Positions 26,949 to 36,375 of a DNA stretch of 64,000 nt are shown here, piece after piece (within the stretch, counting starts at the first letter, position 1; each line of letters begins with the position of its first letter). Below the pieces are notes generated by a model. That model did not search any database. It saw only the letters and a list, made by a program, of their open reading frames with translations, and was not told where the DNA came from. Both the position numbers and the translations under genes were made by a program. Location: assembly GCF_965204145.1 (NCBI RefSeq), contig NZ_OZ241977.1, positions 2,114,840 to 2,178,839 on the forward strand, written 5' to 3'. Origin of the DNA: Candidatus Poriferisocius sp. (GTDB lineage: Bacteria > Actinomycetota > Acidimicrobiia > Acidimicrobiales > Bin134).

Positions 26949-27275
26949 TCATTGACCCGCTCCCTCAGCAACAGACGGACCAGCAGCCAGCACCACGTCG
27001 AAACTCAGCAGTTCGGCCCCATGGGCTACCGGCTGCTGTCTAGCCTCGGTGTGGCCTCGGGCAAAAGCCGGCGACCGCACCCAGGCCAGAAATTCCTCTT
27101 CGCTGGCCCAGCGGGTGTACACGTACCAGGTATTTCCCTCGGCTGGCCGAAGGAGCTCAAACCCCTCGAAACCGGCCATGGTCTCCACTTCGCCGACTCG
27201 TTGCTCGAAACGGCGCAGCAGTTCGTCGCCTGCCCCTTCCGGGACAGTGATGGCGTTGATTCGCACGATGCTCAT
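26949..27275 (-). CDS. mhuD: IsdG/MhuD-type heme-degrading monooxygenase (ABM fold)
   Basis: MSIVRINAITVPEGAGDELLRRFEQR...GFEGFELLRP...WASEEEFLAWVRSPAF...HGAELLSFDVV aligns along its length with my memory of M. tuberculosis MhuD. Adjacent to the heme/iron ABC importer. Confidence 0.75.
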   Translation of the reverse strand: MSIVRINAITVPEGAGDELLRRFEQRVGEVETMAGFEGFELLRPAEGNTWYVYTRWASEEEFLAWVRSPAFARGHTEARQQPVAHGAELLSFDVVLAAGPSVAEGAGQ

Positions 27276-27327
27276 TGGTTGTTCTCCTTGGTGTTGGTTG
27301 GATGTGAAATGTCGAAGTTCCGGGTGG

Positions 27328-28317
27328 TCATGAATCCTCCTTTGGATCGGTGGGCGCCGTCACAATCACGGCGCCCAGGTCGTCGCGAAGCCGGGCGAGC
27401 ATTTCGGCTGTCCGAGGACCGTTGCCCAACAGGAGCTGGTCGTCGTAGGCCAACACCTGTCGGTTGAGCCCGGCGGGGGTCTGGCCAAGCCCTCCAATCT
27501 CCAGAAGACCGTCCACGCCTCCCACTGATTCGAGTCCGGCTTCGGGCACCAGCAGCACATCGGGTGCTGCGGCCAAGATGGCTTCGGCGGATATGGGCGC
27601 GTTGTCGTCGATCCCCATTTCCTCGGAGACATCCACTCCCCCGGCCGAGTTGATGAGCCAGCGGGTGTTGGCCGATTCGCCCAGCACCAGCTGCGCCACC
27701 GTGCCCCGCACATAGAGAGCCACCACTCGGGGGCGGTCGCCGTCATAGTCGGGCGGCACGGTGGCCTCTGCTATGGCGGCGTCAAGAGCATCGGCCATCT
27801 CCTCACCCCGCTGGGGAATGCCCAGGGCCGCGGCCACCGCCCTGATCTTCAGTCCAGCGCCGGTCGGGGTGGCCTCGTTGGGCAGGATGACCAGGGGATA
27901 GCCGAGTCGGCGCATATCGTCCAGCGCCTCGGGCGGTCCAGCGATATCGGTGGCCAAGAGGACGGTGGGAGCGAACGAGGCCACCGTCTCGGCTGCCAGG
28001 GCTCGCTGGTAGCCGATCTCGGGAAGGGCATCGGCTTCGGGTGGGTAGGTAGCCGACAAGTCAGTGGCCACGACGTTGTCGCCCAGTCCGAGGGCGAAGA
28101 CCACCTCAGCCACATCGCCATCGAGGGGGATGATCCGCTCGATGGACTCGACGGTGATCTCCGCTCCGGTCTCGTCCACCACCGTTACCGGCAGAGTTAC
28201 CCCGTCGCTGGACTCGGGTGTCTCGACCGAAGCAGAGCTGTTCTCTACACACCCGGTCGAAGCGAGGACCAAGACTGCTCCCAACAACGCCCGACCCACT
28301 ATTGAACCTCCGGCCAT
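27328..28317 (-). CDS. ABC transporter periplasmic/lipoprotein substrate-binding protein (heme/iron-chelate, HmuT-like)
   Basis: Signal peptide with lipobox LASTGC; cluster-A SBP pattern (IIPLDGDVAEVVFALGLGDNVVA, APDVLLVPE). Confidence 0.75.
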   Translation of the reverse strand: MAGGSIVGRALLGAVLVLASTGCVENSSASVETPESSDGVTLPVTVVDETGAEITVESIERIIPLDGDVAEVVFALGLGDNVVATDLSATYPPEADALPEIGYQRALAAETVASFAPTVLLATDIAGPPEALDDMRRLGYPLVILPNEATPTGAGLKIRAVAAALGIPQRGEEMADALDAAIAEATVPPDYDGDRPRVVALYVRGTVAQLVLGESANTRWLINSAGGVDVSEEMGIDDNAPISAEAILAAAPDVLLVPEAGLESVGGVDGLLEIGGLGQTPAGLNRQVLAYDDQLLLGNGPRTAEMLARLRDDLGAVIVTAPTDPKEDS

Positions 28318-28326
28318 GCCCGGATG

Positions 28327-28340
28327 TTAGGTATGCCTAA
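28327..28340. promoter_or_regulatory. Palindromic TTAGG-TATG-CCTAA box (DtxR/IdeR iron-box-like) upstream of the binding-protein gene
   Basis: Read directly. Shares the architecture T(T/A)AGG-NNTG-CCTAA with the box at 31166-31179, with about 12/19 matches to the DtxR/IdeR consensus as I remember it. Confidence 0.35.
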
Positions 28341-28359
28341 ATAGTTTTACAAACCGTAG

Positions 28360-29166
28360 CTAATAATTGTGCCGGTACGGAATGCACAGCGGGGTTCCGG
28401 TAACCGGACAGGAGATCACGCTCACCCTGAGTCCGAAGACCCTCTCGATCAGTTCGGTGGTCACCACCTCGGCCGGGGGGCCAGCGGCCTCGATTCGCCC
28501 ATCGGCAAGGGCGATGATGTGGGACGCATAGCGGCACGCTTGGTTGAGATCGTGTAGCACCATCACCACCGTGCGGTTCTCTGCCTGGTTGAGCCGGGCT
28601 AGAAGATCCAGCATCTCCACCTGGTGGGCGATGTCCAAAAAGGTGGTGGGCTCGTCGAGCAGCATCATGGGAGCGTCCTGGGCCAATGCCATGGCAATCC
28701 ACACCCGCTGGCGCTGACCTCCCGACAGTTCGTCGACCGGCCGGCTTCGCAACTCAACCAGTCCGGTCAGATTGAGTGCCCGCTCCACCGCTTGGTCATC
28801 GGTTTTGGACCATTGGCTGAAGAGGCGCTGATGGGGGTAGCGGCCCCGGCGAACCAGGTCTTCAACCACAACCCCGTCGGGCACTCGAGGGGACTGGGGA
28901 AGCAGGCCGAGGCGTGCCGCCACCGACCGGGTAGGCAGGCGGCAGATGTCGGCGCCATCGAGATAGACGGCGCCTTCAGTGGGCCGTAGTAAACGGGCCA
29001 GGGCCCGCAACAGCGTGGACTTGCCGGAGGCATTGGCTCCCACGATGGCCGTGATCTCGCCCGTGGGGATATCGGCGGTGAGATTCTTCACCACAGGCGG
29101 TCCCCCGTAGTCGGCAAATAGCCCTTCAGCATTCAGCGTAGGACTGGGTACCCATTCAGGTGGCAC
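28360..29166 (-). CDS. ABC transporter ATP-binding protein (iron-chelate/heme type)
   Basis: Walker A GANASGKST, signature LSGGQRQR, Walker B MLLDEPT, H-loop VLHD. Confidence 0.9.
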   Translation of the reverse strand: MPPEWVPSPTLNAEGLFADYGGPPVVKNLTADIPTGEITAIVGANASGKSTLLRALARLLRPTEGAVYLDGADICRLPTRSVAARLGLLPQSPRVPDGVVVEDLVRRGRYPHQRLFSQWSKTDDQAVERALNLTGLVELRSRPVDELSGGQRQRVWIAMALAQDAPMMLLDEPTTFLDIAHQVEMLDLLARLNQAENRTVVMVLHDLNQACRYASHIIALADGRIEAAGPPAEVVTTELIERVFGLRVSVISCPVTGTPLCIPYRHNY

Positions 29167-30142
29167 GGTTGAACCTCCTCAGCACGAACAGCAGATACGG
29201 CCCGCCCATCGCTGCGGTTACTACTCCGGCGGGCAACACGGTCGGGGCAAAGAGACGCTGGGCCACCAGGTCGGCCGACAGCAGCATGACCGCCCCCAAC
29301 AAGGCAGTCAGCAGCAGCACTCCCCCCGAGAGGGTGCCGGTGCCAGCCAGCGCTCGAGCCGCATGGGGGACCAGCAGGGCGACGAAGCCAAGCGGCCCGA
29401 CCATGGCGACCACTATGGCGGCCAGTCCGCAGCCGATGGCGATGACCGCAAGGCGGCTCGGCTCCAGGCCAACCCCCAAGGCAATGGCCATGTCGTCGCC
29501 CAATTGCATGACCCGCAGTCGTCGGATGAGCAAGAACGCCACTGGCAACAGCACCACCAGACCGATGGCCAGGGTGCGGGCGTCGCTCCAGGAGGAAGAC
29601 GAGAGAGTCCCGGCTTGCCAGCGAGCTGCGGCGCTGACCCTCTCAATGGGGAACCGCACCAGCAGGTAGGTAATAACCGCGGTGAGCAGGGCGTTGATGC
29701 CGATACCGACCAGCACCAACCGACCGCCGCTGAACCCTCGCCGCCATGAGAGCACGAAGATGAGCGCAGCAGTTCCCGCCGCTCCGGCGAACGCGGCGTA
29801 GGGCAGCCACTGGGTATCCAGCCCTATGGCCAGAATGGCCACCGCGAAGGCCGCCGCCCCGGTGTCGATTCCGATGATGTCCGGCGACACCAGCGGGTTG
29901 TCGATCAGGGCCTGGAACAGCGCACCGGACACCGCCAGGCAAATCCCAGCCAGCACAGCCACCGTCACTCTGGGAAATCGCAAAGAGTTGATCACGAAGT
30001 CGAACTCGCTGCCCCGGTCCCAGATCGCGGTGGCGATGGCCTCTCGGGCGGGTACGGGGAAATCGCCGACAACCAATCCGACGACCGCCAGCGCGAAAAT
30101 CGCGGCCGCGGATGCGGTACACAGGCTCGCGGTCCGGGTCAC
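29156..30142 (-). CDS. FecCD-family ABC permease
   Basis: FecCD pattern (LRFPRVTVAVLAGICLAVSGALFQALIDNPLVSPDIIGIDTGAA). Start at GTG 30142 overlaps the upstream stop (GTGA); the 542-aa track ORF is an over-extension. Confidence 0.85.
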   Translation of the reverse strand: MTRTASLCTASAAAIFALAVVGLVVGDFPVPAREAIATAIWDRGSEFDFVINSLRFPRVTVAVLAGICLAVSGALFQALIDNPLVSPDIIGIDTGAAAFAVAILAIGLDTQWLPYAAFAGAAGTAALIFVLSWRRGFSGGRLVLVGIGINALLTAVITYLLVRFPIERVSAAARWQAGTLSSSSWSDARTLAIGLVVLLPVAFLLIRRLRVMQLGDDMAIALGVGLEPSRLAVIAIGCGLAAIVVAMVGPLGFVALLVPHAARALAGTGTLSGGVLLLTALLGAVMLLSADLVAQRLFAPTVLPAGVVTAAMGGPYLLFVLRRFNRAT

Positions 30143-31155
30143 AACTGGGCCAACTTCGTGCCCCGCACCAGGTAGATCAAGAACGGCGCTCCCACCGCAG
30201 CGCAGACAATTCCAACCTGGAGTTCGCTTGGGGTGACGATCACCCGTCCGACGACATCGGCACCCAACAGCATGCACGGACCGAGAATGGCCGAGTACAG
30301 GATGATCCACCGGTAGTCGGGGCCGACCACTGAGCGGACGATATGGGGGACGGCCAACCCCACGAATGCCACTGGTCCGGCCATGGCCACCGCGGAACCG
30401 GCCAGCGCAACCACGCACAGCCCGGCGGTTGCCCTCACCAGCGCGGTGCGCTGGCCGAGGCCAGTGGCGACCTCCTCGCCCAGGCTCAGGGCATTCACCT
30501 GACGTCCCATGGACAGCGCCACGACCAGCGCCACTGCAATCACCGGCAATAGCAACTGGACCTCTTCGGTGCCTCGTCCGGCGATCGAACCGGCCAACCA
30601 GAACCGGGCCTGGTCCAGCGTCTCTAAGTCGAGCAGGAGCAAAGCGGCTGTCCATGATCCCAGCAAAGCGCTGATCACAGCGCCAGCCAGGGCCAGCTTC
30701 ACCGGTGTGGGTCCGCTGGCCCCGGCAGAGGCCACCAGATACACCAGCACCGTGGCACCCAGGGCGCCAGCGAAGGCGAACCACACGTATCCGGCTGGCG
30801 TGGTGATGCCCGCGCTGTAGATGGCGGTCACTACGGCGAATGCCGCCCCCGCGTTGGTGCCGAGGATTCCCGGCGCCCCCAGTGGGTTGCGAGTCACTCC
30901 CTGAGTGAGAGCTCCGGCCACGGCGAAGCCTGCCCCGGCCAGTATGCCGATGATGGTTCGGGGAACTCGCAACTCCCGCACCACAACCTGCCCCTGATCG
31001 CTGCGGTCGTAGCTCCAGATGGATTCCCAGACGGTTGAGATATCGATGTCAAGGACGCCGTATCGCAGGCTGAGCAGCCCGACCAACAGCAGTAGCCCCC
31101 CGGCACAAGGAAGGCTCACAACATGACGCCGGAGCACCAAGCGACCTGTTCCCAC
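30139..31155 (-). CDS. FecCD-family ABC permease
   Basis: LRVPRTIIGILAGAGFAVAGALTQGVTRNPLGAPGILGTNAGAA and about 9 predicted TM segments. Confidence 0.85.
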   Translation of the reverse strand: MGTGRLVLRRHVVSLPCAGGLLLLVGLLSLRYGVLDIDISTVWESIWSYDRSDQGQVVVRELRVPRTIIGILAGAGFAVAGALTQGVTRNPLGAPGILGTNAGAAFAVVTAIYSAGITTPAGYVWFAFAGALGATVLVYLVASAGASGPTPVKLALAGAVISALLGSWTAALLLLDLETLDQARFWLAGSIAGRGTEEVQLLLPVIAVALVVALSMGRQVNALSLGEEVATGLGQRTALVRATAGLCVVALAGSAVAMAGPVAFVGLAVPHIVRSVVGPDYRWIILYSAILGPCMLLGADVVGRVIVTPSELQVGIVCAAVGAPFLIYLVRGTKLAQL

Positions 31156-31165
31156 ACGCCAAGAG

Positions 31166-31179
31166 TAAGGCTTGCCTAA
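31166..31179. promoter_or_regulatory. TAAGG-CTTG-CCTAA box (iron-box-like) upstream of the permease operon
   Basis: Read directly, 11 nt upstream of the first permease start. Same motif architecture as 28327-28340. Confidence 0.35.
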
Positions 31180-31215
31180 CTCAGTATGAAAAGCGAACCG
31201 AGATTTAAGAGGAAG

Positions 31216-32925
31216 CTAGGGGGAATGCGAGCGGGAATCGCTCACTCTCACCAAGTCTGAGGAGTGGTCGGGGTCGGTGGACACTTCGATCAGCACTGGT
31301 CCGTCGGCGGACAGCGACGAGGTCAGGGCGTCGGCCAGCGCGGTGTCGTCATCCACCCGGTGGCCGCCTATGCCGAATGCCCGGGCCACCGCGGCGAAGT
31401 CGTGGTCGCCGATATCGACGGCGGTGCGGCGGTCCGGGCCTTGGAAGTCGTAGACGTTGCCCAGCATTCGGTTGTTGAGCACCAAGAACGTGACCGGCAG
31501 GCTGTACTCCACCGCGGTGGCCAGGTTGTGCAGCGACATCAGAAACCCGCCGTCACCGCTGATCGACAGCACCCGCTCGCCGGGATGGACCATGGCCGCG
31601 GCCAGCGCGGCGGGCGGACCCCAGCCCATGCCCAGGTGTCCACCGGGCAGGTGCAGCCGTCCGGGGGTGCGGGCCTGGAGATAGTGATAGGCGAAGATGC
31701 GGTTGTTGCCCGCGTCAAGGGTGATCCGGCCGTCGGCCGGCCACACCTCGTTGAGCACCTGCATCACCCGCTGGGGCGGCACCGGCTGGGCTGAATCGTG
31801 CAGTACCGGGGGCTCCTCGGCTCTCGACTTGATGTCGGCCAGCTCAGCCCACCGGTCGGCAGCCAGGTCTTCGTCCACGCCCACCGCGGGCACCAGCTCG
31901 GCCAATAGCGCTCCCAGATCGGCGTGTACGCCCAGCTCAACCGGGAAGCTCACCCCCAGGTTGGCGGCCTCGATGTCCACCTGCACGATGCGCTGGCGGT
32001 CGGCGTCGAGCCAGGTGGGCGACTCCACCAGGGTGTCGTGGGGGTTGAGGCGAGAGCCGAGCACCACCACGGCGTCGGCGCGGGCCAGCAGGTCGAACGC
32101 CCCCTGCCAGCCGAAGGGGCTGAGCGGCCCGCCCGCCCACGGGTGGTCGTCGGCGATCACCCCTCGGGCCTTGGCGGTGGTCACCACCGGGGTCGCCGCC
32201 CGCTGGGCCAGGGCATCCAACTGGTCGTAGGCCTGCGCCTGGTTGATGCCGTTGCCAGCCACAATCACCGGGCGCTTGGCCTCCGCCAGCAAGTCGGCCA
32301 CGGCGGCCACCGCCGAGGCGTCGGGGTGGGGCGGGGCGGCCGACGCCACCCGGGTCCGCCCATAGAGGCGGGGATGGCGGGACTCGTCGGTGCGCCGGAA
32401 GATGGCGTCGAGGCGGAACACAACCGCGGCCGGGCCGGGCCGGCCCGAGGTGGCGTGGTGGATGGCTAGCTCAACCGCATGCACCGCCTCGTTGGGGGTG
32501 GTGGCCACGCTCATGAACTTGGTCATCCCCGACAAGATGCGGGGCAGATCCACTGATCCGTGGTCGCCGGTGGTGCCCTGGGTGGGGGCATGCTGGGGGA
32601 TGCCGTGGTCGGTCATCTCGGTGAGGACCAGCATGGGAGTGCCCGACAGGAAACCCTCTATGAGCCCGAATCCCCCGGAGGAGGCGGCGAACGGCCCCTG
32701 GCCGGTGAACACGCCGGGACGCCCGGTGAGCCTCCCGTACATGTCGGCCATGACCGACGCCTGGTGCTCATGGGCCGCTCTCACGCTCTGTACCCGGTCG
32801 GCCACTGTCCTCAGGCCGTCGAACACCTTGATGGAGTAGCCCCCTGGTACCCCGAAGACGTGGGTAATACCGGCGTCGGCCAGCACCTCGGCAATGGCGA
32901 TTCCCGCAGGGGTTCCGTCGCTCAT
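31216..32925 (-). CDS. Thiamine-pyrophosphate-binding enzyme (acetolactate synthase large-subunit-like)
   Basis: IAEVLADAGITHVFGVPGG (N-terminal Pyr domain); TPP motif GDGGFLMSLHNLATAVEYSLPVTFLVLNN. First ATG is 32925; TTG 32964 is an alternative. Confidence 0.85.
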   Translation of the reverse strand: MSDGTPAGIAIAEVLADAGITHVFGVPGGYSIKVFDGLRTVADRVQSVRAAHEHQASVMADMYGRLTGRPGVFTGQGPFAASSGGFGLIEGFLSGTPMLVLTEMTDHGIPQHAPTQGTTGDHGSVDLPRILSGMTKFMSVATTPNEAVHAVELAIHHATSGRPGPAAVVFRLDAIFRRTDESRHPRLYGRTRVASAAPPHPDASAVAAVADLLAEAKRPVIVAGNGINQAQAYDQLDALAQRAATPVVTTAKARGVIADDHPWAGGPLSPFGWQGAFDLLARADAVVVLGSRLNPHDTLVESPTWLDADRQRIVQVDIEAANLGVSFPVELGVHADLGALLAELVPAVGVDEDLAADRWAELADIKSRAEEPPVLHDSAQPVPPQRVMQVLNEVWPADGRITLDAGNNRIFAYHYLQARTPGRLHLPGGHLGMGWGPPAALAAAMVHPGERVLSISGDGGFLMSLHNLATAVEYSLPVTFLVLNNRMLGNVYDFQGPDRRTAVDIGDHDFAAVARAFGIGGHRVDDDTALADALTSSLSADGPVLIEVSTDPDHSSDLVRVSDSRSHSP

Positions 32926-32950
32926 CAGACCAGGAGGAGGAGCTTGGCGG

Positions 32951-33745
32951 TCATGCCCCGCCAATCCAGTGCCCGGCGTTCACGTCCAGCGAGGCCCCGG
33001 TGATGGGCAGCGACAGGTCGGAGGCGAAAAAGAGAGCCGCCCCGGCAATCTCCGCGGCATCGGGAAGGTACTTGAGGGCGGTCTCCCCCGCGGTCTCGTC
33101 GTAGACCACCTGATAGTCCACTCCCCGAGCATCGGCTTGGCCTTGGAGGAAGTTGCGGACCGCGTCAGCAAAGATGTATCCCGGCAGCACGCTGTTCACC
33201 CGGATGCCGTCGGCCCCCAGCTCTTTAGCCAGGATCTTGGTGATGTTCTCCAACGCGGCCTTGGAGCTGCTGTAGGCCCCCCAACCCGCCTGCCGGATGC
33301 GGATGGACATGGTGTTGATGAAGATGACCCGCCCGGCCCCCGAGTCCCGCAGGGCGGGAATGCAGGCCCGGGTCATGTTCAACGACCCGAAGAAATTCAC
33401 GTCGAACACGTTCCGCCAGCGGTCCAAATCGGCGTCCTCCACGTTGATGACGGGGAAGCCGTCGTTGAAGGCGTTGTTCACGCAGACGTCCAGCCGCCCC
33501 AGCCTCTCCACTGCGGCATCAGCCAGCGACTGGCACTGGGCGGGATCGGTGATGTCGGTGGACTGCCACACCGTGCGGCGGCCCATCGCCTCGATCTCGG
33601 CGGCCAGCGGCTCCATCACCTCGGTGCGGCGGGCGCCCATCACGATGTCGGCCCCCTCCCGGGCGTACAGCCGGGCGATCTCGATGCCCAGGCCAGGACC
33701 GATGCCCGATACCAGCGCTACCCGTCCCGCCAGCATGTCGCCCAT
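32951..33745 (-). CDS. SDR family oxidoreductase
   Basis: GRVALVSGIGPGLGIEIA, NNAF, YSSSKAA (Y-x3-K), PGYI. ATG 33745 preceded by GGAGGAG. Confidence 0.85.
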   Translation of the reverse strand: MGDMLAGRVALVSGIGPGLGIEIARLYAREGADIVMGARRTEVMEPLAAEIEAMGRRTVWQSTDITDPAQCQSLADAAVERLGRLDVCVNNAFNDGFPVINVEDADLDRWRNVFDVNFFGSLNMTRACIPALRDSGAGRVIFINTMSIRIRQAGWGAYSSSKAALENITKILAKELGADGIRVNSVLPGYIFADAVRNFLQGQADARGVDYQVVYDETAGETALKYLPDAAEIAGAALFFASDLSLPITGASLDVNAGHWIGGA

Positions 33746-33887
33746 CGCTCTCCTCCGTTCCCAGCAGTGCGGTGCCGGGCTCAACCCGGCCTCGCGGTGT
33801 GGGCCCTAGCTTCGCGCACCCCGCGCCCGACTCACCTGCTGAGGAGGGCCGCTGGTACCTTCATCGGGCGGGAAACCGGTGACGGCT

Positions 33888-34655
33888 ATGAGCGCAGCAT
33901 TCGGGATCGACATAGGGGGCAGCGGAATGAAGGCCGCGCCGGTGGATGTGGACACCGGCGAGCTGCTCGACAAGCGACTTCGGATTCCCACCCCGAAACC
34001 GGGCGTTCCCGACGAGGTAGCAGACGTGGTCTACGAACTGGTGACGTCGTTCGGGTGGACCGGGCCAGTGGGCTGCGCCTTTCCTGCCCCCATCGTCGGC
34101 GGCACCGTCAAGTGGGTGGCACATTTGGACGACTCGTGGGCCGGAGTCGACATCGCTGAGACGATGAGCAATCGGATCGGCGCTCCTGTGACGATCATCA
34201 ACGATGCCGACGCCGCCGGGATCGCCGAGATGACCCACGGGGCCGGGGTAGGCCGGAAGGGGACGGTGTGCTTCACCGCCTTCGGCACCGGGATCGGCAG
34301 CTCGGTGTTTGTGAACGGGAATCTGGTGCCCAACACCGAGTTCGGCCATCTCTACCTGGCCGGACACGAAAACGATGTTGAGGTGTGGACCGCGGCCAAG
34401 GTTCGCAAACGGGAGAATCTGGACTGGCCGACCTGGGTGGGCCGGGTGAAGCAGTATTTGGAGCATCTCGAGAAAATCATCTCGCCTGGCCTGTTCATCC
34501 TGGGTGGCGGGATCAGCAAGGACTTCGACACTTGGGGCCCGCTGCTGGACATTGACACCGAAGTCACTGTCGCCCAGATGCGCAACAACGCCGGGATTGT
34601 CGGTGCCGCCATGGCATCGGTCGGTGGAGGCGCAGTGCATTCCGACACCGGCTGA
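33888..34655 (+). CDS. ppgK: Polyphosphate glucokinase (ROK family)
   Basis: FGIDIGGSGMKAAPVDVDTGELL...RIPTPKP..., INDADAAG, GTGIGS, EFGH. Close to mycobacterial PPGK as I remember it. Confidence 0.85.
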   Translation: MSAAFGIDIGGSGMKAAPVDVDTGELLDKRLRIPTPKPGVPDEVADVVYELVTSFGWTGPVGCAFPAPIVGGTVKWVAHLDDSWAGVDIAETMSNRIGAPVTIINDADAAGIAEMTHGAGVGRKGTVCFTAFGTGIGSSVFVNGNLVPNTEFGHLYLAGHENDVEVWTAAKVRKRENLDWPTWVGRVKQYLEHLEKIISPGLFILGGGISKDFDTWGPLLDIDTEVTVAQMRNNAGIVGAAMASVGGGAVHSDTG

Positions 34656-34709
34656 CCCCCAGGGTCTCGCCGTACTGCCGCTTCGCAGGCCCGCCACTAG
34701 TGTCCAGGC

Positions 34710-35519
34710 ATGTCGTTTTCCGTTGAAGGCTCAGTGGCCGTGGTCACCGGGGCCACCCGGGGCATCGGCCGCCAGATCGCCTTCCGGCTGGGCTGGGCCG
34801 GATCCCGCCTGGTGGTGGTGGGACGCACCGGAACCGACGACCCCGACGCCGTGCTGCCCGGATCGCTACCCGAGGTGGTGGCCGCGCTGGGCGAAGAGGG
34901 GATCGAGGCCCGCAGCGTGCAGGCCAATCTGACCTCGCCCGACGACACCGCCCGCATCGTGGACCGCACGCTGGAGTGGTACGGGGGCTGCGACATTCTG
35001 GTGAACAACGCGGGCTACACCTCCAACGGGCCGATCATCGATGTGCCCTGGTCGCGTTGGGAGCGGGCCTTCCGGGTGCAAGTGGTGGGACCGATGCAGC
35101 TCTGCCAGGGGCTGGTGCCGGGGATGCTGGAGCGGGGCTCGGGCCGAGTGCTCAGCGTGAGCTCGGGGTCGGCCACCGCCATCAGCCCCAACCTGGCCCT
35201 CTACTCTACGTCCAAGCAGGCCATGGAGCGGTGGAACGCCTCCATGCACCTGGAGTTGGGCGGCCAAGGAGTGGCGTTCAACGTGCTACGGGTAGACCAC
35301 ATCGTGTCCACCGAAGGGTGGTGGCACGTCTACAACACCCAGGGCGCCGAGATCGCCACCGGCGGCGCCGGGCTGGAAACCCTGAAGACCCCCGAATACA
35401 CCGCGGAGTGCGCCGACTGGATGATCCGCCAATCCGACGATTGGAGCGGCCACGTGGTCGGCTTCGACGACATCGCCGCCCTCGGGGGCCCAGAGGCAGG
35501 TCCTCCCCCGGTTCAGTAG
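34710..35519 (+). CDS. SDR family oxidoreductase
   Basis: VAVVTGATRGIGRQIA, NNAG, YSTSKQA (Y-x3-K). Confidence 0.8.
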   Translation: MSFSVEGSVAVVTGATRGIGRQIAFRLGWAGSRLVVVGRTGTDDPDAVLPGSLPEVVAALGEEGIEARSVQANLTSPDDTARIVDRTLEWYGGCDILVNNAGYTSNGPIIDVPWSRWERAFRVQVVGPMQLCQGLVPGMLERGSGRVLSVSSGSATAISPNLALYSTSKQAMERWNASMHLELGGQGVAFNVLRVDHIVSTEGWWHVYNTQGAEIATGGAGLETLKTPEYTAECADWMIRQSDDWSGHVVGFDDIAALGGPEAGPPPVQ

Positions 35520-36373
35520 TTGCCGCGAGTCTCGACGAATAGCGAGGCCGAGCCGAGGGCGCATAGGCCGGTCTCGTCGTAGAGCCGGGCTCGGGATTGG
35601 CCGATGCCGTCGGCGTCGACCCAGGTCTCGGCGTCAATGCCGATGTGCTCGCTGGTGGGATAGCGCAGCACGTGGATCGTCAGGTCGGGGTTGATCGACA
35701 CGTACCGGTCGAAGGGCAGGAACGAGCCCAAGCCGCTGGTGAAATCGGAGAGGGCCATCAGCCGCACCAGCGGGGTGGTCTCCTCGTCCCGCACGAAGGG
35801 AACCGCAAGCCGAACCCAGGTCTTGCTGGGAGTACCGCCGCTGAGCCCTCCAACCACCCGGTCGAACTCCACCACGTGGGGAAACCCCTCGGGCATCTGC
35901 GCCCGGGGCGCGAGCCCGACGGGTCTTCCGGTGCTGCCGGGCGGTGGAGGCAGTGGGGCATCAGGCTGCCGATAAGGGCTGACGTCTATTCCCGCCCCGG
36001 TTCGCACCAGTACTGAGACTGCCGACGCCACCAACTGGTCGCCGTCGCAAAGCTCGGCTCGGACGGCTTGGATCCGCTTGCCGGTGCGCAGAACCTCGGT
36101 GGTGATGGCCAGCGGCTTCACCGGCACCCGGCGCAACATGTCGAGGGTGAAGCGGGCCACCCGCATGGGAACTGGAGTGGGCACTTGCTCTACTGCTCGA
36201 GCCAGCAGCCCTGCTACTGCGCCGCCGTGCTGGACGCCGGGGTCCCAGGGCCCTTGGGCATTGAGCGTGGGGACGACGGTGTCACCGTCCAAGTAGAAAA
36301 TGGCATCGTCACCCACGAAGACTGCAAGGTAGTACCACCCCGCCGGGGGGCACGAGACGAACAGAGGAGACAC
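35513..36373 (-). CDS. Acyl-CoA thioesterase-like double hotdog protein
   Basis: GPWDPGVQHGGAVAGLLARA in the N-terminal hotdog; overall length and pattern of the TesB-like 4HBT_3 family. Confidence 0.65.
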   Translation of the reverse strand: MSPLFVSCPPAGWYYLAVFVGDDAIFYLDGDTVVPTLNAQGPWDPGVQHGGAVAGLLARAVEQVPTPVPMRVARFTLDMLRRVPVKPLAITTEVLRTGKRIQAVRAELCDGDQLVASAVSVLVRTGAGIDVSPYRQPDAPLPPPPGSTGRPVGLAPRAQMPEGFPHVVEFDRVVGGLSGGTPSKTWVRLAVPFVRDEETTPLVRLMALSDFTSGLGSFLPFDRYVSINPDLTIHVLRYPTSEHIGIDAETWVDADGIGQSRARLYDETGLCALGSASLFVETRGNY

Positions 36374-36375
36374 CG

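Noticed and set aside
29156-30784. 542-aa ORF read as a single permease
   Set aside because: The N-terminal 214 codons overlap the upstream FecCD permease out of frame. GTG 30142 gives a normal-length permease with a GTGA stop/start overlap.
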